This document shows, piece after piece, positions 41,395 to 53,916 of a stretch of 64,000 bases of DNA. The translations under genes were made by a program, and so were the position numbers. How positions within the stretch are numbered: position 1 is the stretch's first letter; every line of letters starts with the position of its first letter. This DNA comes from Eledone cirrhosa (Eukaryota). The stretch covers positions 8,990,001 through 9,054,000 of the forward strand of contig OZ024760.1 in the NCBI GenBank assembly GCA_964016885.1, in the 5' to 3' direction. Under the pieces are notes generated by a model. The model worked only from the letters and a program-made list of their open reading frames with translations, made no database searches and was not told where the DNA came from.

Positions 41395-42030
41395 TATGAG
41401 TGTGTGTGTGCGTGTGAGTGTGTATGCTTGTGTGTGTGTGTGTGTGTGCGTGTGTGTGCTGGTGTGTGTTTGTGCGCGTATGTATGTATACGTGTATGTA
41501 TGTGTTTGTGTATGAGTGTGTATGTGTGTGGTGTGTTTGTGTGTATGTGTGTATTTGTGTGTATGAATGTGTGTATGTGTGTGCGTATGTTTGTGTGTAT
41601 GTGTGAGTACGTGTGTATGAATATGGGTATGTGCGTGTGTGTGTATGTCTGCGTGTTTGTGTGTATGTTTGGTTGCGTATGAGTATGTGTGTATGTGTGT
41701 GTGCGTGTGTGTGTGTGTATATGTGTCTGTGTGTGTGTGTGTGTGTTTGTGTGTGCGCGTGTGTGTGTGTGAGAGAGAGAGTATTTGTGAGTGTATGTGT
41801 GTATTTGTGTGTGTGTGTATTTGTGTGTGTGTGTGTGTGCGTGTGTGTGTGTAAGAGAGAGAGTATGTGTGTGTGTGTGTGTGTGCGTATGTGTGTGTGT
41901 TTGTGTGTGTATATTTGTGTGTGTGTTTGTGTGTGCGTGCGTGTGAGAGAGAGTATTTGTGTGCGTGTGTATTTGTGTGTGTGTTTGTGTGTGCGTGAAT
42001 GTGAGAGAGAGAGAGAGTGTGTGTGTGTGT

Positions 42031-42089
<59 letters not shown>

Positions 42090-42090
42090 C
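41395..42090. repeat. Compound (GT)n microsatellite
   Basis: Directly visible. Confidence 0.95.
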
Positions 42091-42504
42091 ACATTGCTGA
42101 TTATTTACGATATTGAGAAGCTGGAAACAGAATCTAGACTAGATATTATAAGGTGTTGAAATCTGTGTGGATTAACTAAGCCGACAGCGAGCGTTAATCT
42201 CCCTACCTGCAGAATATCTGTTGCATTACGTTTGTATACATATATATAGAGATAGAGAGAGGTGAAGATTTGTGGTGGCGAGCAGGTCTTAGTGTGGGTG
42301 GTGTGTTGTTATGATGTTATTGTGTATATTTTAGGTCAAACTTCATCGAGAAAACCTATTGACGAAAGGTAACCAGACATCCAAGTTATGACCATCATGG
42401 CTTTTTAGTAAAATCTAGGATTACATAATATATATTATTTGAACAGATTAAATATTTAAGCAAATGATCTTTGCTTTCACCCAAATATTTCAAAATGTTA
42501 TAGG

Positions 42505-42845
42505 TCTTTTTTTTTTTGTCGTGTCCACAAGTGTGTCAGCTACAAAGCTTGGCTAGATGTGGTTCCACCACAGCTGAACACATTGCTGTCCTTTCTCATT
42601 AAACTCTGCCAAGTCCAATACTGTGCAGGGGTGTTCCAGCAGGGGGCATATCAGGAGGTGCTGCGTAGTCTGTGGTTTCGGTGCCGTAGTCACACACAAC
42701 GTCCCCATCCTTTAAATATCCCCATTTTGCAAGGTTGACTTTTGTACGTCCAACACCAGATCTTAGTCTGTTGAGGTATTTCCACACTGCATAGTTTATA
42801 TCTGCTCCAGAGGCCAGTGCCTCGCTCACCTTTAGCTCCATTGTT
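42505..42845 (-). mobile_element. Non-LTR retrotransposon 3' end (clade uncertain)
   Basis: WKYLNRLRSGVGRTKVNLAKWGY...VCDYG, a decayed C-terminal zinc-knuckle region; poly-A on the minus strand near 42510. Confidence 0.65.
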
Positions 42846-43132
42846 GTTATAGGTAAATATCGTAATAAAAATGGAGAACATATCGTCTGCATTGTTCAAT
42901 GGTTCAAAGGAGCTACAATAGTAAACTTACAGATAGAATAAATGGAACATATTCATGTCATTCGGTGCGGTGAAGAGATCTAGGACAGACATAGTAAAAA
43001 GATACCCGTGTATTAACTTAAATAAACTGAATACTAAAATGAAATATTAATTGTTACTGTGTTTCAAAACAATATCGTGTTAATCAAGATAACGATGATA
43101 TTAATTTTAATACTAATAATTCTAATGGGATT

Positions 43133-43283
43133 AATAATTGTTTCTACTTTAGGCACAAGGCCAGCAATTACCCAGTGCATTACTGGTACTTTATTTTATC
43201 GACCCCGTAAGGATGAAAGGCAAAGCCAACCTCGGCGGGATTTGAACTCAGATCGTAAAGGGACGTTCTGAGTTCAAATCCCA
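43133..43283 (-). mobile_element. SINE family 1, 5'-truncated with a short inverted B-box segment
   Basis: GGGATTTGAACTCAGATCGT...ACGTTCTGAGTTCAAATCCC fold-back at the truncation point. Confidence 0.75.
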
Positions 43284-43299
43284 AATAGGCTTAATAATG

Positions 43300-44040
43300 C
43301 TTTCTTTATTAACCACAAGGGTTGACATAAAGTATAACATTAAGGACAGTACAGGACAGTACAGGGCGGTACAAATGAGCATTTCTGCGTGTAAAAAAAA
43401 AACAAATACAAGATTGTGTATAAAAAACTAAAACAAAGGATATAACAAAAAAAGAAACAAGGAAAAATTCCCCAATAGTGGGGAGACTTCCGAAGGTCAC
43501 TCGTGGAGAAAGCCCACAAAAAAGCCATGGTCACTCTGACCGCTAGGGCAAGCGCCCTCTTTCAGTTTTCCTCCTACGATACTACAGGTACTCGCTCAGG
43601 GCAGGCCCATTCACACGGGCCATTCTTGTCACTCTCACCCACCTTTCAACAAACTGGCTGGAAGGTAGCACTTCCCTCTCGACTCGACCCTGATTTTCCT
43701 TTTCAGGTGAAACCTGACAAAGTTAATGAGGGCGTCACCGAAGAGGAAAGTGCCCGTCTTCAACCCTTTCAGACGTGTCCACCATACGACCTCTTTTACC
43801 ATGGCCACCAGGCAGATAAAACTGGCCCTGCCCCTCCTGGTTGAAGGAGGGCGGCGGGGTAATCTTCACGATGGACTTTGCTGATAGCCGGATCCGTCCT
43901 ACATGCGACAGCAGCGATGCTCGGACACTGGACGAGTGCGTGCAGGGCGGTTCAGTCGCCCTGCGTGCATCTCGGACAGGCCCGGCTGACGGCACTTCCA
44001 GGCCTGTAGAGTTTATCACTCCGGAAAACCATTCCAGTTG
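43300..44040 (-). mobile_element. L1/Tx1-like LINE 3' fragment
   Basis: Minus strand LLSHVGRIRLSAKSIVKITPPPSFN, FHLKRKIRVEREVL...FVERWVRV, then a 3' UTR with AATAAA; the UTR is homologous to 58868-59160. Confidence 0.6.
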
Positions 44041-44102
44041 AGTGCTTCCAATCTATTGTAAAACTCATTCTTTGATTTATTCATTGAACCTTATTTAACC
44101 TT

Positions 44103-44139
<37 letters not shown>

Positions 44140-44169
44140 AGATCAAAAGATGGTTAAAGGAGTTCCATG

Positions 44170-44240
44170 TATTGTATTATGCGCATTTCAAAAACAAACA
44201 TCATCATGCAATAATATTTGTGTTTTCATCAGATAAAACA
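44170..44240 (-). ncRNA. Minimal type I hammerhead ribozyme (mirror copy)
   Basis: Minus strand TGTTTTAT-CTGATGA-helix II-GAAA-TGCGCA-TA^ATACAATA. Confidence 0.78.
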
Positions 44241-44357
44241 GGAGAACATGATATGAAGGCTAAAAAACACTTGTGGATAGTGCAGTTTTAAATCTACATA
44301 TGTAGATTTAAAACTGCACTATCCACAAGTGTTTTTAGCCTTCATATCATGTTCTCC

Positions 44358-44428
44358 TGTTTTATCTGATGAAAACACAAATATTATTGCATGATGATGT
44401 TTGTTTTTGAAATGCGCATAATAAAATA
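44358..44428 (+). ncRNA. Minimal type I hammerhead ribozyme
   Basis: TGTTTTAT-CTGATGA(44366-44372)-helix II-GAAA(44409-44412)-TGCGCA-TA^ATAAAATA; predicted cleavage after 44420. Confidence 0.83.
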
Positions 44429-44549
44429 CATGGAACTCCTTTAACCATCTTTTGATCTTATATTATGCATACTCCAGTCCTACAAACTGTAGAGTGCTTC
44501 TTATCCGATATCTGCATTGCTTTATTGTACTACAATAAAACTCACCTCC

Positions 44550-44599
<50 letters not shown>

Positions 44600-44679
44600 T
44601 GCAGGCATTACATGAACAAAACAACAACAGTAACAAATTGCAAAAATAAATTAACGATCAAATGAATTCCTAAAAAAAA

Positions 44680-45175
44680 CTTCTTCTCCTCCTCGTCCAC
44701 ATCCCCTTCCTTCTTCTTCTTCTTCTCCTCCTCCTTCTTCTTCTTCTCCTCCTCCACATCCCTTTCCTTGTTCTTCTTCTTCTTCTCCTCCTCCTCCTTC
44801 TTCTCCTCTTCCTTCTTCTTCTTCTTCTCCTCCTCCGTATCCCCTTCCTTCTTCTTCTTCTCCTCCTCCTTCTTCTCCTCCTCCTCCACATCCCCTTCCT
44901 TCTTCTTCTCCTCCTTATTCTTATTCTTCTCCTCTTCCTCCACATCCCCTTCCTTCTTCTTCTCCTCTTCCTCCTCCTTCTCCTTCTTCTTCTTCTCCTC
45001 TTCCTCCACATCCCCTTCCTTCTTCTTCTCCTCCTCCTCCTTATTCTTATTATTCTCCTCTTCCTCCACATCTCCTTCCTCCTTCTTCTTCTTCTTCTTC
45101 TTTTTCTTCTTCTTCTTCTCCTCTTCCCTCCCCCTCCCACCCCCCTTCCCCACCCCCCCACCCCTCCCCCTCCTT
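44680..45175. repeat. (CTT)/(CTC) polypyrimidine compound repeat with a CCACATCCCC spacer
   Basis: Directly visible; the K/E-rich ORF is an artefact. Confidence 0.9.
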
Positions 45176-45576
45176 CATCTGCTCAGGTGTGGTACATCTT
45201 CAGAGACATTCCAGCCAGACGTTCGGACTAGGTGTTCCCTTTATCACAGACGTCTCAACATGAAACGCTTACATTGATGACTTATCACGGTTCGCTTGAA
45301 CAGAATATCTCCAACATTTCTTTCGCAGACGGTCAAGCGATTCTATAAAGTATTCCGGACAATCGGAATCGGTGAAAGAGTCAGATGAGGTTTGTCCGTT
45401 AAAACAATTATTTCTGTGGTCTCGGAAAGTGTGACCAGGTGGTACAACTTACCATAACTCCATACTCTCTGAAATGGACCGAAATATTAGCTTTCGTTTC
45501 CTCTCTGTACTGGCTTCACGCACACTCATACAGACACAAACACACACTCACATACATACATACATACATACATACA

Positions 45577-45610
<34 letters not shown>

Positions 45611-45636
45611 CGTACGTACATACATACATACATACA

Positions 45637-46090
45637 TGGTGGCTGCCAACTCGTTTTCGAGTACGGCCACTACTTTATATCCATGTAGGAGAACCCCTAC
45701 CGATGCGCTGAACGAGTGTGACTTTTTAGTCCAGCCAGCGACTTGAAAACTCTGGTACAAACACTACACTTGTGACAATTATTGACACACAGTGCTGGGC
45801 CCATGGTACCATGTGACGACAAGTGCAGAGAGATCTCCAGATATAAAGCAATGCCTGTGCTGTGAAGCTTTTATAGTGAGCAAAGGCACTGCACAAAGCC
45901 AGTCCCACTCTCTTAACCAAGATGATATTTACCAAAAATACATACATACATACATACATACATACATACATACATACATACATACATACATGGTGGCTGC
46001 CAACTCGTTTTCGAGTACGGCCACTACTTTATATCCATGTAGGAGAACCCCAACCGATGCGCTGAACGAGTGTGACTTTTTAGTCCAGCC
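45637..46090 (-). mobile_element. Two 5'-truncated copies (45637-45939, 45991-46090) of an RTE-derived non-autonomous element with (ATGT)n tails
   Basis: Reverse complement of the 3' part of 62246-62853; each abuts (CATA)n. Confidence 0.8.
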
Positions 46091-46214
46091 TCTCACGACC
46101 CTTCCAGTATTATGTCGGCGAAGTAGAGGATTCCATCATAATTTTATACAAGAATCTTTGTTCCAAACACCAACTGAATAATAAGAAAGTTGGTTATATT
46201 ACTAAATCTCACCA

Positions 46215-46780
46215 AATTCATAGGCAGTATCTTTCATTAGAAATATGGTAATGAAAGGGTTAATGACATAGACAGTGTCTTTCATTAGAAATATGGTAAT
46301 GAAAGGGTTAATGACATAGGTAGTATCTTTCATTAGAAATATGGTAATGAAAGGGTTAATGACATAGGTAGTGTCTTTCATTAGAAATATGGTAATGAAA
46401 GGGTTAAAGACATAGGCAGTGTCTTTCATTAGAAATATGGTAATGAAAGGGTTAAAAACATAGACAGTGTCTTTCATTAGAAATATGGAAATGAAAGGGT
46501 TAAAGACATAGGCAGTGTCTTTCATTAGAAATATGGAAATGAAAGGGTTAATGACATAGGTAGTGTCTTTCATGAGAAATATGGTAATGAAAGGGTTAAT
46601 AACATAGACAGTGTCTTTCATTAGAAATATGGCAATGAAAGGGTTAATGACTTAGACAGTGTCTTTCATTAGAAATATGGTAATGAAAGGGTTAATGACA
46701 TAGATAGTGTCTTTCATTAGAAATATGGTAATGAAAGGGTTAATGACATAGACAGTGTCTTTCATTAGAAATATGGTAAT
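46215..46780. repeat. 48-bp minisatellite with internal hairpin, ~12 copies
   Basis: TCTTTCATTAGAAATATGGTAATGAAAGGGTTAATGACATAGACAGTG; CTTTCATTA/TAATGAAAG inverted repeat. Confidence 0.92.
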
Positions 46781-48117
46781 CAGGGGGTTTCGTTTACCTC
46801 CTAATAACTAAAATACAAAATTCAAAAATAAATACGGCAAAGACGTCTGCAAAGATGAAGTGAAGTAAATTGATTTCAATTAAAGTCTGGCTTCGATTAT
46901 GGAAATATATTTGTTATACTCTTTACCATCAGAAATTGCCAACAATTTTCAATAATTTTCAACAGTTTGTCGCAAAACATTAGTTTTAAACATTACACCC
47001 TCACACACACACTCACACACTCACACCCACACATATACACACACACACACACACCCTCACACACCCTACCCTCACACACACACACACTTGTATGTATTCT
47101 ATTATACAAGCAACAATCATAAACTCACTTGTATATTCTCAGACACATCTACACACGCACTCACTTCTCTCTTTCTTTCTCTCTCTCTCTCCCTCTCCCT
47201 CTCTCTCTCTCTCTCTCGTTCTTTCTCTGACCCTCTTTCTCTTCTCTCTCTCTCTCTCATATACACGCATATTCTCTTAACCTCCAGGAAATAGCAGCCA
47301 AATCACCCTCAATACACACATTAGTGTATCTGGAAAAAAATTACACGTTGCGTAATCAAGACCTAAATAGAGTATATTTCAAAAACCAACTGGATTGTCA
47401 CAACTGGAGCGCCTATAGTTGTACGTCAGCTGCGTCAGGGCCACATGGGTCTGGGCAATGACAACAGATGTACCGAAATAGGGTGGACAGTGGACAGTGG
47501 ACAGTAGACAGTGGACAATATGCATCTCTACACCTCGGTCACCAAAACCAGTATGAGCACCTTTACGTGGTCACTCTACTAGAGGAAACAGAATTTCCTT
47601 GAATAATTACTGGTATGGGGGAAGACGAACGTTATCAAGCTGCAGCCGTCATATTACTTAGTTTCTATATAATAACAATACTCATTACCTGCAGCGACTA
47701 CGACCCCGTTGAATAATTGGTCACGGTCAACCCCTTCAGTTCGCCTCTTGAGATTTCCTAAAATATAACTCCCCACACACACACACACGATCCACCAAAA
47801 TAAACTATAAGCCCCAGTAAACCCGAATAAATTAATGGCTTAATGTCACGTGACCAGCTGATGTACGACCAAATAAAGGACCAGCAGAATATAAACTTGA
47901 CTTGAAACCCTGCAAATATTGAAGAAAGCTTGTATCAGAGATCTGTTACAATCCAGACGACACGAGAGCAAACAAAACAAAAAACATTTAAGCTCAACTA
48001 AAAGATTAGATAAAGATATAGAATTATATTAATATGAACATTAAATTACTATGTAAATAAATGAAATTAATCTAAAAAGATAAATATTACTCAAATATAC
48101 ATTATAAAAACTGCAAC

Positions 48118-48158
<41 letters not shown>

Positions 48159-48169
48159 GATATGCCTAG

Positions 48170-48298
48170 ATTTGCGACTGACAGATCGTATTAGCAATTG
48201 GAAAGACCAATGGAAACATTGTTTCCTCGGTCCGATTTGACGAGTTCCACCCCACTCGTTAAGTGAATGACGTCTGGGATCTTGTCGATCGACTGTAG
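48170..48298 (+). repeat. Dispersed repeat (GACCAATGGAAACAT family)
   Basis: Similar to 7740-7872. Confidence 0.5.
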
Positions 48299-48331
<33 letters not shown>

Positions 48332-48506
48332 AATTAATAAAAATAATGAATAAAAATAAAGAAACAGTTCCTTATATTAAAAAATTCATCATTTTACGAT
48401 CGTTTCTAGGATATATATGTGTGTGTTAGTATGTATATCATATAGATCTATGTAAAATTTTTACAAACTATCAGAAGGAATATACATACCTACACATATA
48501 TATACA

Positions 48507-48860
48507 ATTCAATGATATTAAATAAATACAAACTATATTTATAAAACCATATTTATTTTATTATATATATTTCAAAGGTACCAAGGCAACATTGGTACGC
48601 TTTCATCAGATAAAATACAAAGTTTGTTTTATAAATAAAGACATACCCATGAAAATCATACCTTATCGGTTGGAAATTCCCTGGATAGTGAATATTGTCT
48701 TGGTACCCTTGAAATATATGTAATAAAATAAATATGGTTTTATAAATATAGTTTCCATTTATTTAATATCATTGAATATTTACTCCAGTAACTGTTGGGT
48801 GCTCTAAAACAGTTATAAACATTTATATTTGTCGGACTTCCAGCAAATTAAATACCCGTT
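48507..48860. mobile_element. Diverged family D fold-back element
   Basis: Arms ~48507-48592 / ~48692-48775 with a ~100-bp loop; the flank resembles 22313-22400. Confidence 0.7.
48554..48617 (-). ncRNA. Minimal type I hammerhead ribozyme
   Basis: Minus strand TATTTTAT-CTGATGA-AAGCGTACCAA(TGTTGCC)TTGGTACCTTT-GAAA-TATATA-TA^ATAAAATA. Confidence 0.83.
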
Positions 48861-48865
48861 CTACT

Positions 48866-48898
<33 letters not shown>

Positions 48899-48908
48899 TT
48901 ATATATAT

Positions 48909-49051
48909 ATAGGAACGAGTGGGACCCCGTCGAAACGGCTTGAGCTCAGCCGTCGGGGTCCCACTCGTTCCTATTACCCACTCTACTACCCTAAGTATTG
49001 AGTACTTTGGTGCGTTATGGTCCACCTGGTTCCTTACCACATTTCCTTCGT

Positions 49052-49053
<2 letters not shown>
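48909..49053 (+). mobile_element. Fold-back element, family C (opposite orientation, short hairpin)
   Basis: Reverse complement of 28405-28581 with a different fold-back point. Confidence 0.75.
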
Positions 49054-49122
<69 letters not shown>

Positions 49123-49299
49123 AATAAACGACTAAAAGTTATCTAAATTTCATTTTAACCGAACCACCTCGTAAAAAAAAACACCACGACGACGTTGCCA
49201 GCCAACAGTTGCATAGCAACACCTCACCGCCAGCGGCATAGTTCAAAGAATCCTAACCGAACGAAAGGAAGGGGAAAAGATGTACGTTATGAGGCGCTC

Positions 49300-51592
49300 C
49301 CTTCTTCTTCTTCTTCTTCTTCTTCTTCTTCTTCTTCTAGAAGTCAGCTCTGGAATGGGTTCTTCTTCTTCTTGAGAGAGTCGTGGAGGGACAGAGACCG
49401 CAAACACTCCCTCCGGCGGTTCCTGTCAGAAGCAACCATCTCAAACTGATCCGCCGGTTGGATCCCTCCAAGCGAGACCAGCCAAGCTGATGGATGTTAT
49501 CCAACCATCTTGCTCGGGGGGGGGGTCTGCCTTTTGATCTCCTGTCGGTTGGTTTTTGCCCGTATAAAAAATCTGTCCAACGATTCTTTCCTGAGACATT
49601 TCTAACCACATGTCCATTAGTATCGGACCTGTGATCCCTCAATTCCGAGAAGTAGCGGCTCTACCTGGAGTGACTCTCTGATATCCGAGCTACAAATCTG
49701 TCCAACGATTCTTTCCTGAGACATTTCTAACCACATGTATCCATTAGTATCGGAGCTGTGATCCCTCAATTCCGAGAAGTAGCGGCTCTACCTGGAGTGA
49801 CTCTGATCTCCGAGCTACAAATCTGTCCAACGATTCTTTCCTGAGACATTTCTAACCACATGTATCCATTAGTATCGGAGCTGTGATCCCTCAATTCCGA
49901 GAAGTAGCGGCTCTACCTGGAGTGACTCTGATCTCCGAGCTACAAATCTGTCCAACGATTCTTTCCTGAGACATTTCTAACCACATGTATCCATTAGTAT
50001 CGGAGCTGTGATCTCTCAATTCCGAGAAGTAGCGGCTCTACCTGGAGTGACTCTCTGATATCCGAGCTACAAATCTGTCCAACGATTCTTTCCTGAGACA
50101 TTTCTAACCACATGTATCCATTAGTATCGGAGCTGTGATCCCTCAATTCCGAGAAGTAGCGGCTCTACCTGGAGTGACTCTCTGATATCCGAGCTACAAA
50201 TCTGTCCAACGATTCTTTCCTGAGACATTTCTAACCACATGTCCATTAGTATCGGAGCTGTGATCCCTCAATTCCGAGAAGTAGCGGCTCTACCTGAAGT
50301 GACTCTCTGATATCCGAGCTACAAATCTGTCCAACGATTCTTTCCTGAGACATTTCTAACCACATGTATCCATTAGTATCGGAGCTGTGATCCCTCAATT
50401 CGGAGAAGTAGCGGCTTTACCTGGAGTGACTCTCTGATATCCGAGCTACAAATCTGTCCATCAATTCTTTACTGAGACATTTCTAACCACATGTATCCAT
50501 TAGTATCGGAGCTGTGATCCCTCAATTCGGAGAAGTAGCGGCTCTACCTGGAGTGACTCTCTGATATCCGAGCTACAAATCTGTCCATCGATTCTTTCCT
50601 GAGACATTTCTAACCACATGTATCCATTAGTATCGGAGCTGTGATCTCTCAATTCCGAGAAGTAGCGGCTCTACCTGGAGTGACTCTCTGATATCCGAGC
50701 TACAAATCTGTCCATCGATTCTTTCCTGAGACATTTCTAACCACATGTATCCATTAGTATCGGAGCTGTGATCTCTCAATTCCGAGAAGTAGCGGCTCTA
50801 CCTGGAGTGACTCTCTGATATCCGAGCTACAAATCTGTCCAACGATTCTTTCCTGAGACATTTCTAACCACATGTCCATTAGTATCGGAGCTGTGATCTC
50901 TCAATTCCGAGAAGTAGCGGCTCTACCTGGAGTGACTCTCTGATATCCGAGCTACAAATCTGTCCAACGATTCTTTCCTGAGACATTTCTAACCACATGT
51001 CCATTAGTATCGGAGCTGTGATCTCTCAATTCCGAGAAGTAGCGGCTCTACCTGAAGTGACTCTTTGATCTCCGAGCTACAAATCTGTCCATCGATTCTT
51101 TCCTGAGACATTTCTAACCACATGTATCCATTAGTATCGGAGCTGTGATCCCTCAATTCCGAGAAGTAGCGGCTCTACCTGAAGTGACTCTCTGATATCC
51201 GAGCTACAAATCTGTCCAACGATTCTTTCCTGAGACATTTCTAACCACATGTATCCATTAGTATCGGAGCTGTGATCCCTCAATTCCGAGAAGTAGCGGC
51301 TCTACCTGAAGTGACTCTCTGATATCCGAGCTACAAATCTGTCCAACGATTCTTTCCTGAGACATTTCTAACCACATGTATCCATTAGTATCGGAGCTGT
51401 GATCCCTCAATTCGGAGAAGTAGCGGCTCTACCTGAAGTGACTCTTTGATCTCCGAGCTACGCATTCTATCGGGTAACGTTAATCCAAAGACCCTTCCGA
51501 AGAACCCCATTTTCGTCGTTTGTATTCGCGATCGTATTCATTCGGTCAATACCCAAGATTCGTGACCATAGGTAAGGGTTGGCTTTAAATCT
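49300..51592 (-). mobile_element. Decayed RTE LINE 3' portion with an internal 15-copy tandem amplification
   Basis: Minus strand FKPTLTYGHESWVLTE..IRSRIQTTKMGF, SSDIRESLQVEPLLL...SQLRY..GHVVR, RRSKGRPP..RWLDNI; (GAA)n tail at ~49300-49370. Confidence 0.85.
49570..51461. repeat. 125-127-bp tandem repeat x15 derived from RTE coding sequence
   Basis: AATCTGTCC at 49570, 49695, 49820, 49945, 50072, ... 51336. Confidence 0.95.
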
Positions 51593-51934
51593 CCGGTTTT
51601 ATTGTAAACTCTCGTAGTTATCCATTCCTTGTCCCCTTCGATAGAGACGTCTAAATATTTGACCCTCTTAACATCGTCTCTTTCTCACTTGAATCACGTG
51701 GACTTGTAGCATGTTTATTTCTTTATTTATTTTTGTAATAAATTAGGCACAGTTTGTCCTGTGCTCCCTGTTTTTTGTTTTCTGTTTACATCACATTGTG
51801 CACTGGAATGAATAGTCTCAGCCTTTTTTAACCGAAACTATAAAGATTACCAGAGGTTGACTGAAGAGAAGGGTCTGTTCATTTTTCTGTTGTTTCTTTC
51901 TGTTGTTTTTGTCTTGTGTGCCTCCTCTTTTAAA

Positions 51935-51984
<50 letters not shown>

Positions 51985-52003
51985 CATAGACATACATATA
52001 TTG

Positions 52004-52051
<48 letters not shown>

Positions 52052-52332
52052 CGGAGAGGAAGGCGGGATTTTTTGGCCACTGTAATGGAATAGTTGCCAA
52101 ATTTTGTTTGTGAAAGAAGAGGAAAAGGAGGAAATGGGGTGAGTGAAAGAGACACAGGGTGAGTAAGAGAGGGGGGGCAGTGGCGTGAAGTTGGGGTGCA
52201 GAAATGAGAGAAGAGTTTAATTAGGTCGACTGTTTTGGGATAGCCCAACGGAATATAGTTGATGTGGGGTGTATATATACATATATATGTGGAGCGTGTA
52301 TGTATAGGTGTGTGTATATATATATGTCTATG

Positions 52333-52543
<211 letters not shown>

Positions 52544-52567
52544 TTATATGTAGGGGTGTATATGAGG

Positions 52568-52631
<64 letters not shown>

Positions 52632-52817
52632 GGGTGTATGTGTGGCCGGATGTATATACATACATATATATGGGTGTGTGGGGGGTGTATATATACATAT
52701 ATATATGGCGGTGTATGTGTTGGTATGTGTATATATATATATATATATTTGGGGTTGTGGGGTATATATATATATGTGGAGGGTGTATGTGTGAGTGTGT
52801 GTATATATATATGTGGA

Positions 52818-52860
<43 letters not shown>

Positions 52861-52873
52861 GAGGGTATGTTGA

Positions 52874-52919
<46 letters not shown>

Positions 52920-52925
52920 GTGGAG

Positions 52926-52957
<32 letters not shown>

Positions 52958-53289
52958 GGGGGGGGGGTAAGGATGGCTAAAAGCAAACGTCAGTAGAAAT
53001 TACACTTATGCCATACATATGTGATTTAGGGAAAATTGATTTGTTGCTGTTGCTGTTGTTGTTGCTGTTCTTGTTGTTGTTCTTGTTGTTGTTCTTGTTG
53101 TTGCCGATGTTGTTGTTGTTATGTGTGGTAGTTGGGCCTCCGTCAGTTCCAACGACGAGTGCTCCAGTTGTCCGAACTGCGGAACAACCCGCTGCTGAAA
53201 TTAAGGTGCAACTGGCTGAGCATTTCACAAACACGTGTACCCTGAACGTATTTCTCATGTAGATTGTGTGTGACAAGGCTGCACCTTTG

Positions 53290-53916
53290 AACAACAGATA
53301 CAACTCATTTTTGCCAGCTGAGTGGACTGAAACAACGTAAAACAAGTGTCTCCTTCAAGGACACAAGGTGCCGCGAGGAACTGTAGCTTAAACCCCTAGG
53401 GTCATGAGGAACTGAAGCTTAAACCCCTAGGGCCCACGATGAACTGTAACCAAAACCCCTAGGTGCCACGATGAACTGTAACCGAAACTCCTAGGGCCAC
53501 GAGGAACTGTAGCTTAAACCCCTAGGGGCCACGAGGAACTGCAACCGAAACCCCTAGGTGCCACGAGGAACTGTAGCTTAAACCCCTAGGGGCCACGAGG
53601 AACTGCAACCGAAACCCCTAGGTGCCACGAGGAACTGTAGCTTAAGCCCCTAGAGGCCACGAGGAACTGTAGCTTAAACCCCTAGGGGCCACGAGGAACT
53701 GCAACCGAAACCCCTAGGTGCCACGTGGAACTGTAGCTTAAGCACCTAGGTGCCTCGAGGAACTGTACCTTAAATCCCTAGCTGCCACGAAGAACTGAAG
53801 CCGAAATGCCTAGGTGCCACGGGGAACTGTAATTGAAACCCCTAAGCCCCAAGAAGAACTGAACTCGGGAACTTACGATTGTGAGCCAAAACCACTAAGC
53901 CCTAACCACTAAGCCA
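53290..53916 (-). mobile_element. SINE family 2 copy containing an internal ~32-bp minisatellite (53370-53860)
   Basis: SINE core CTCATTTTTGCCAGCTGAGTGGACTG...CAAGGACACAA on the left, head ...GAACTC...AACCACTAAGCCA on the right; unit CCACGAGGAACTGTAGCTTAAACCCCTAGGGG between them. Confidence 0.7.

Larger units (their letters stand above)
44132..44466. mobile_element. Family E fold-back element: 335-bp near-perfect palindrome with one hammerhead per strand
   Basis: Centre TACATATGTA at 44299/44300; arms homologous to 33190-33350; (TA)n on the left. Confidence 0.88.

Noticed and set aside
44608-45277. K/E-rich, R-rich or S/F-rich proteins
   Set aside because: Translations of a (CTT)/(CTC) compound repeat.
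45637-45720. HDV-like ribozyme (GGTGGCT/GGCCACT as P1, ACTCGTT/AACGAGT as P2)
   Set aside because: No room for P3/L3 or P1.1, and it is the antisense of the element's 3' terminal hairpin.
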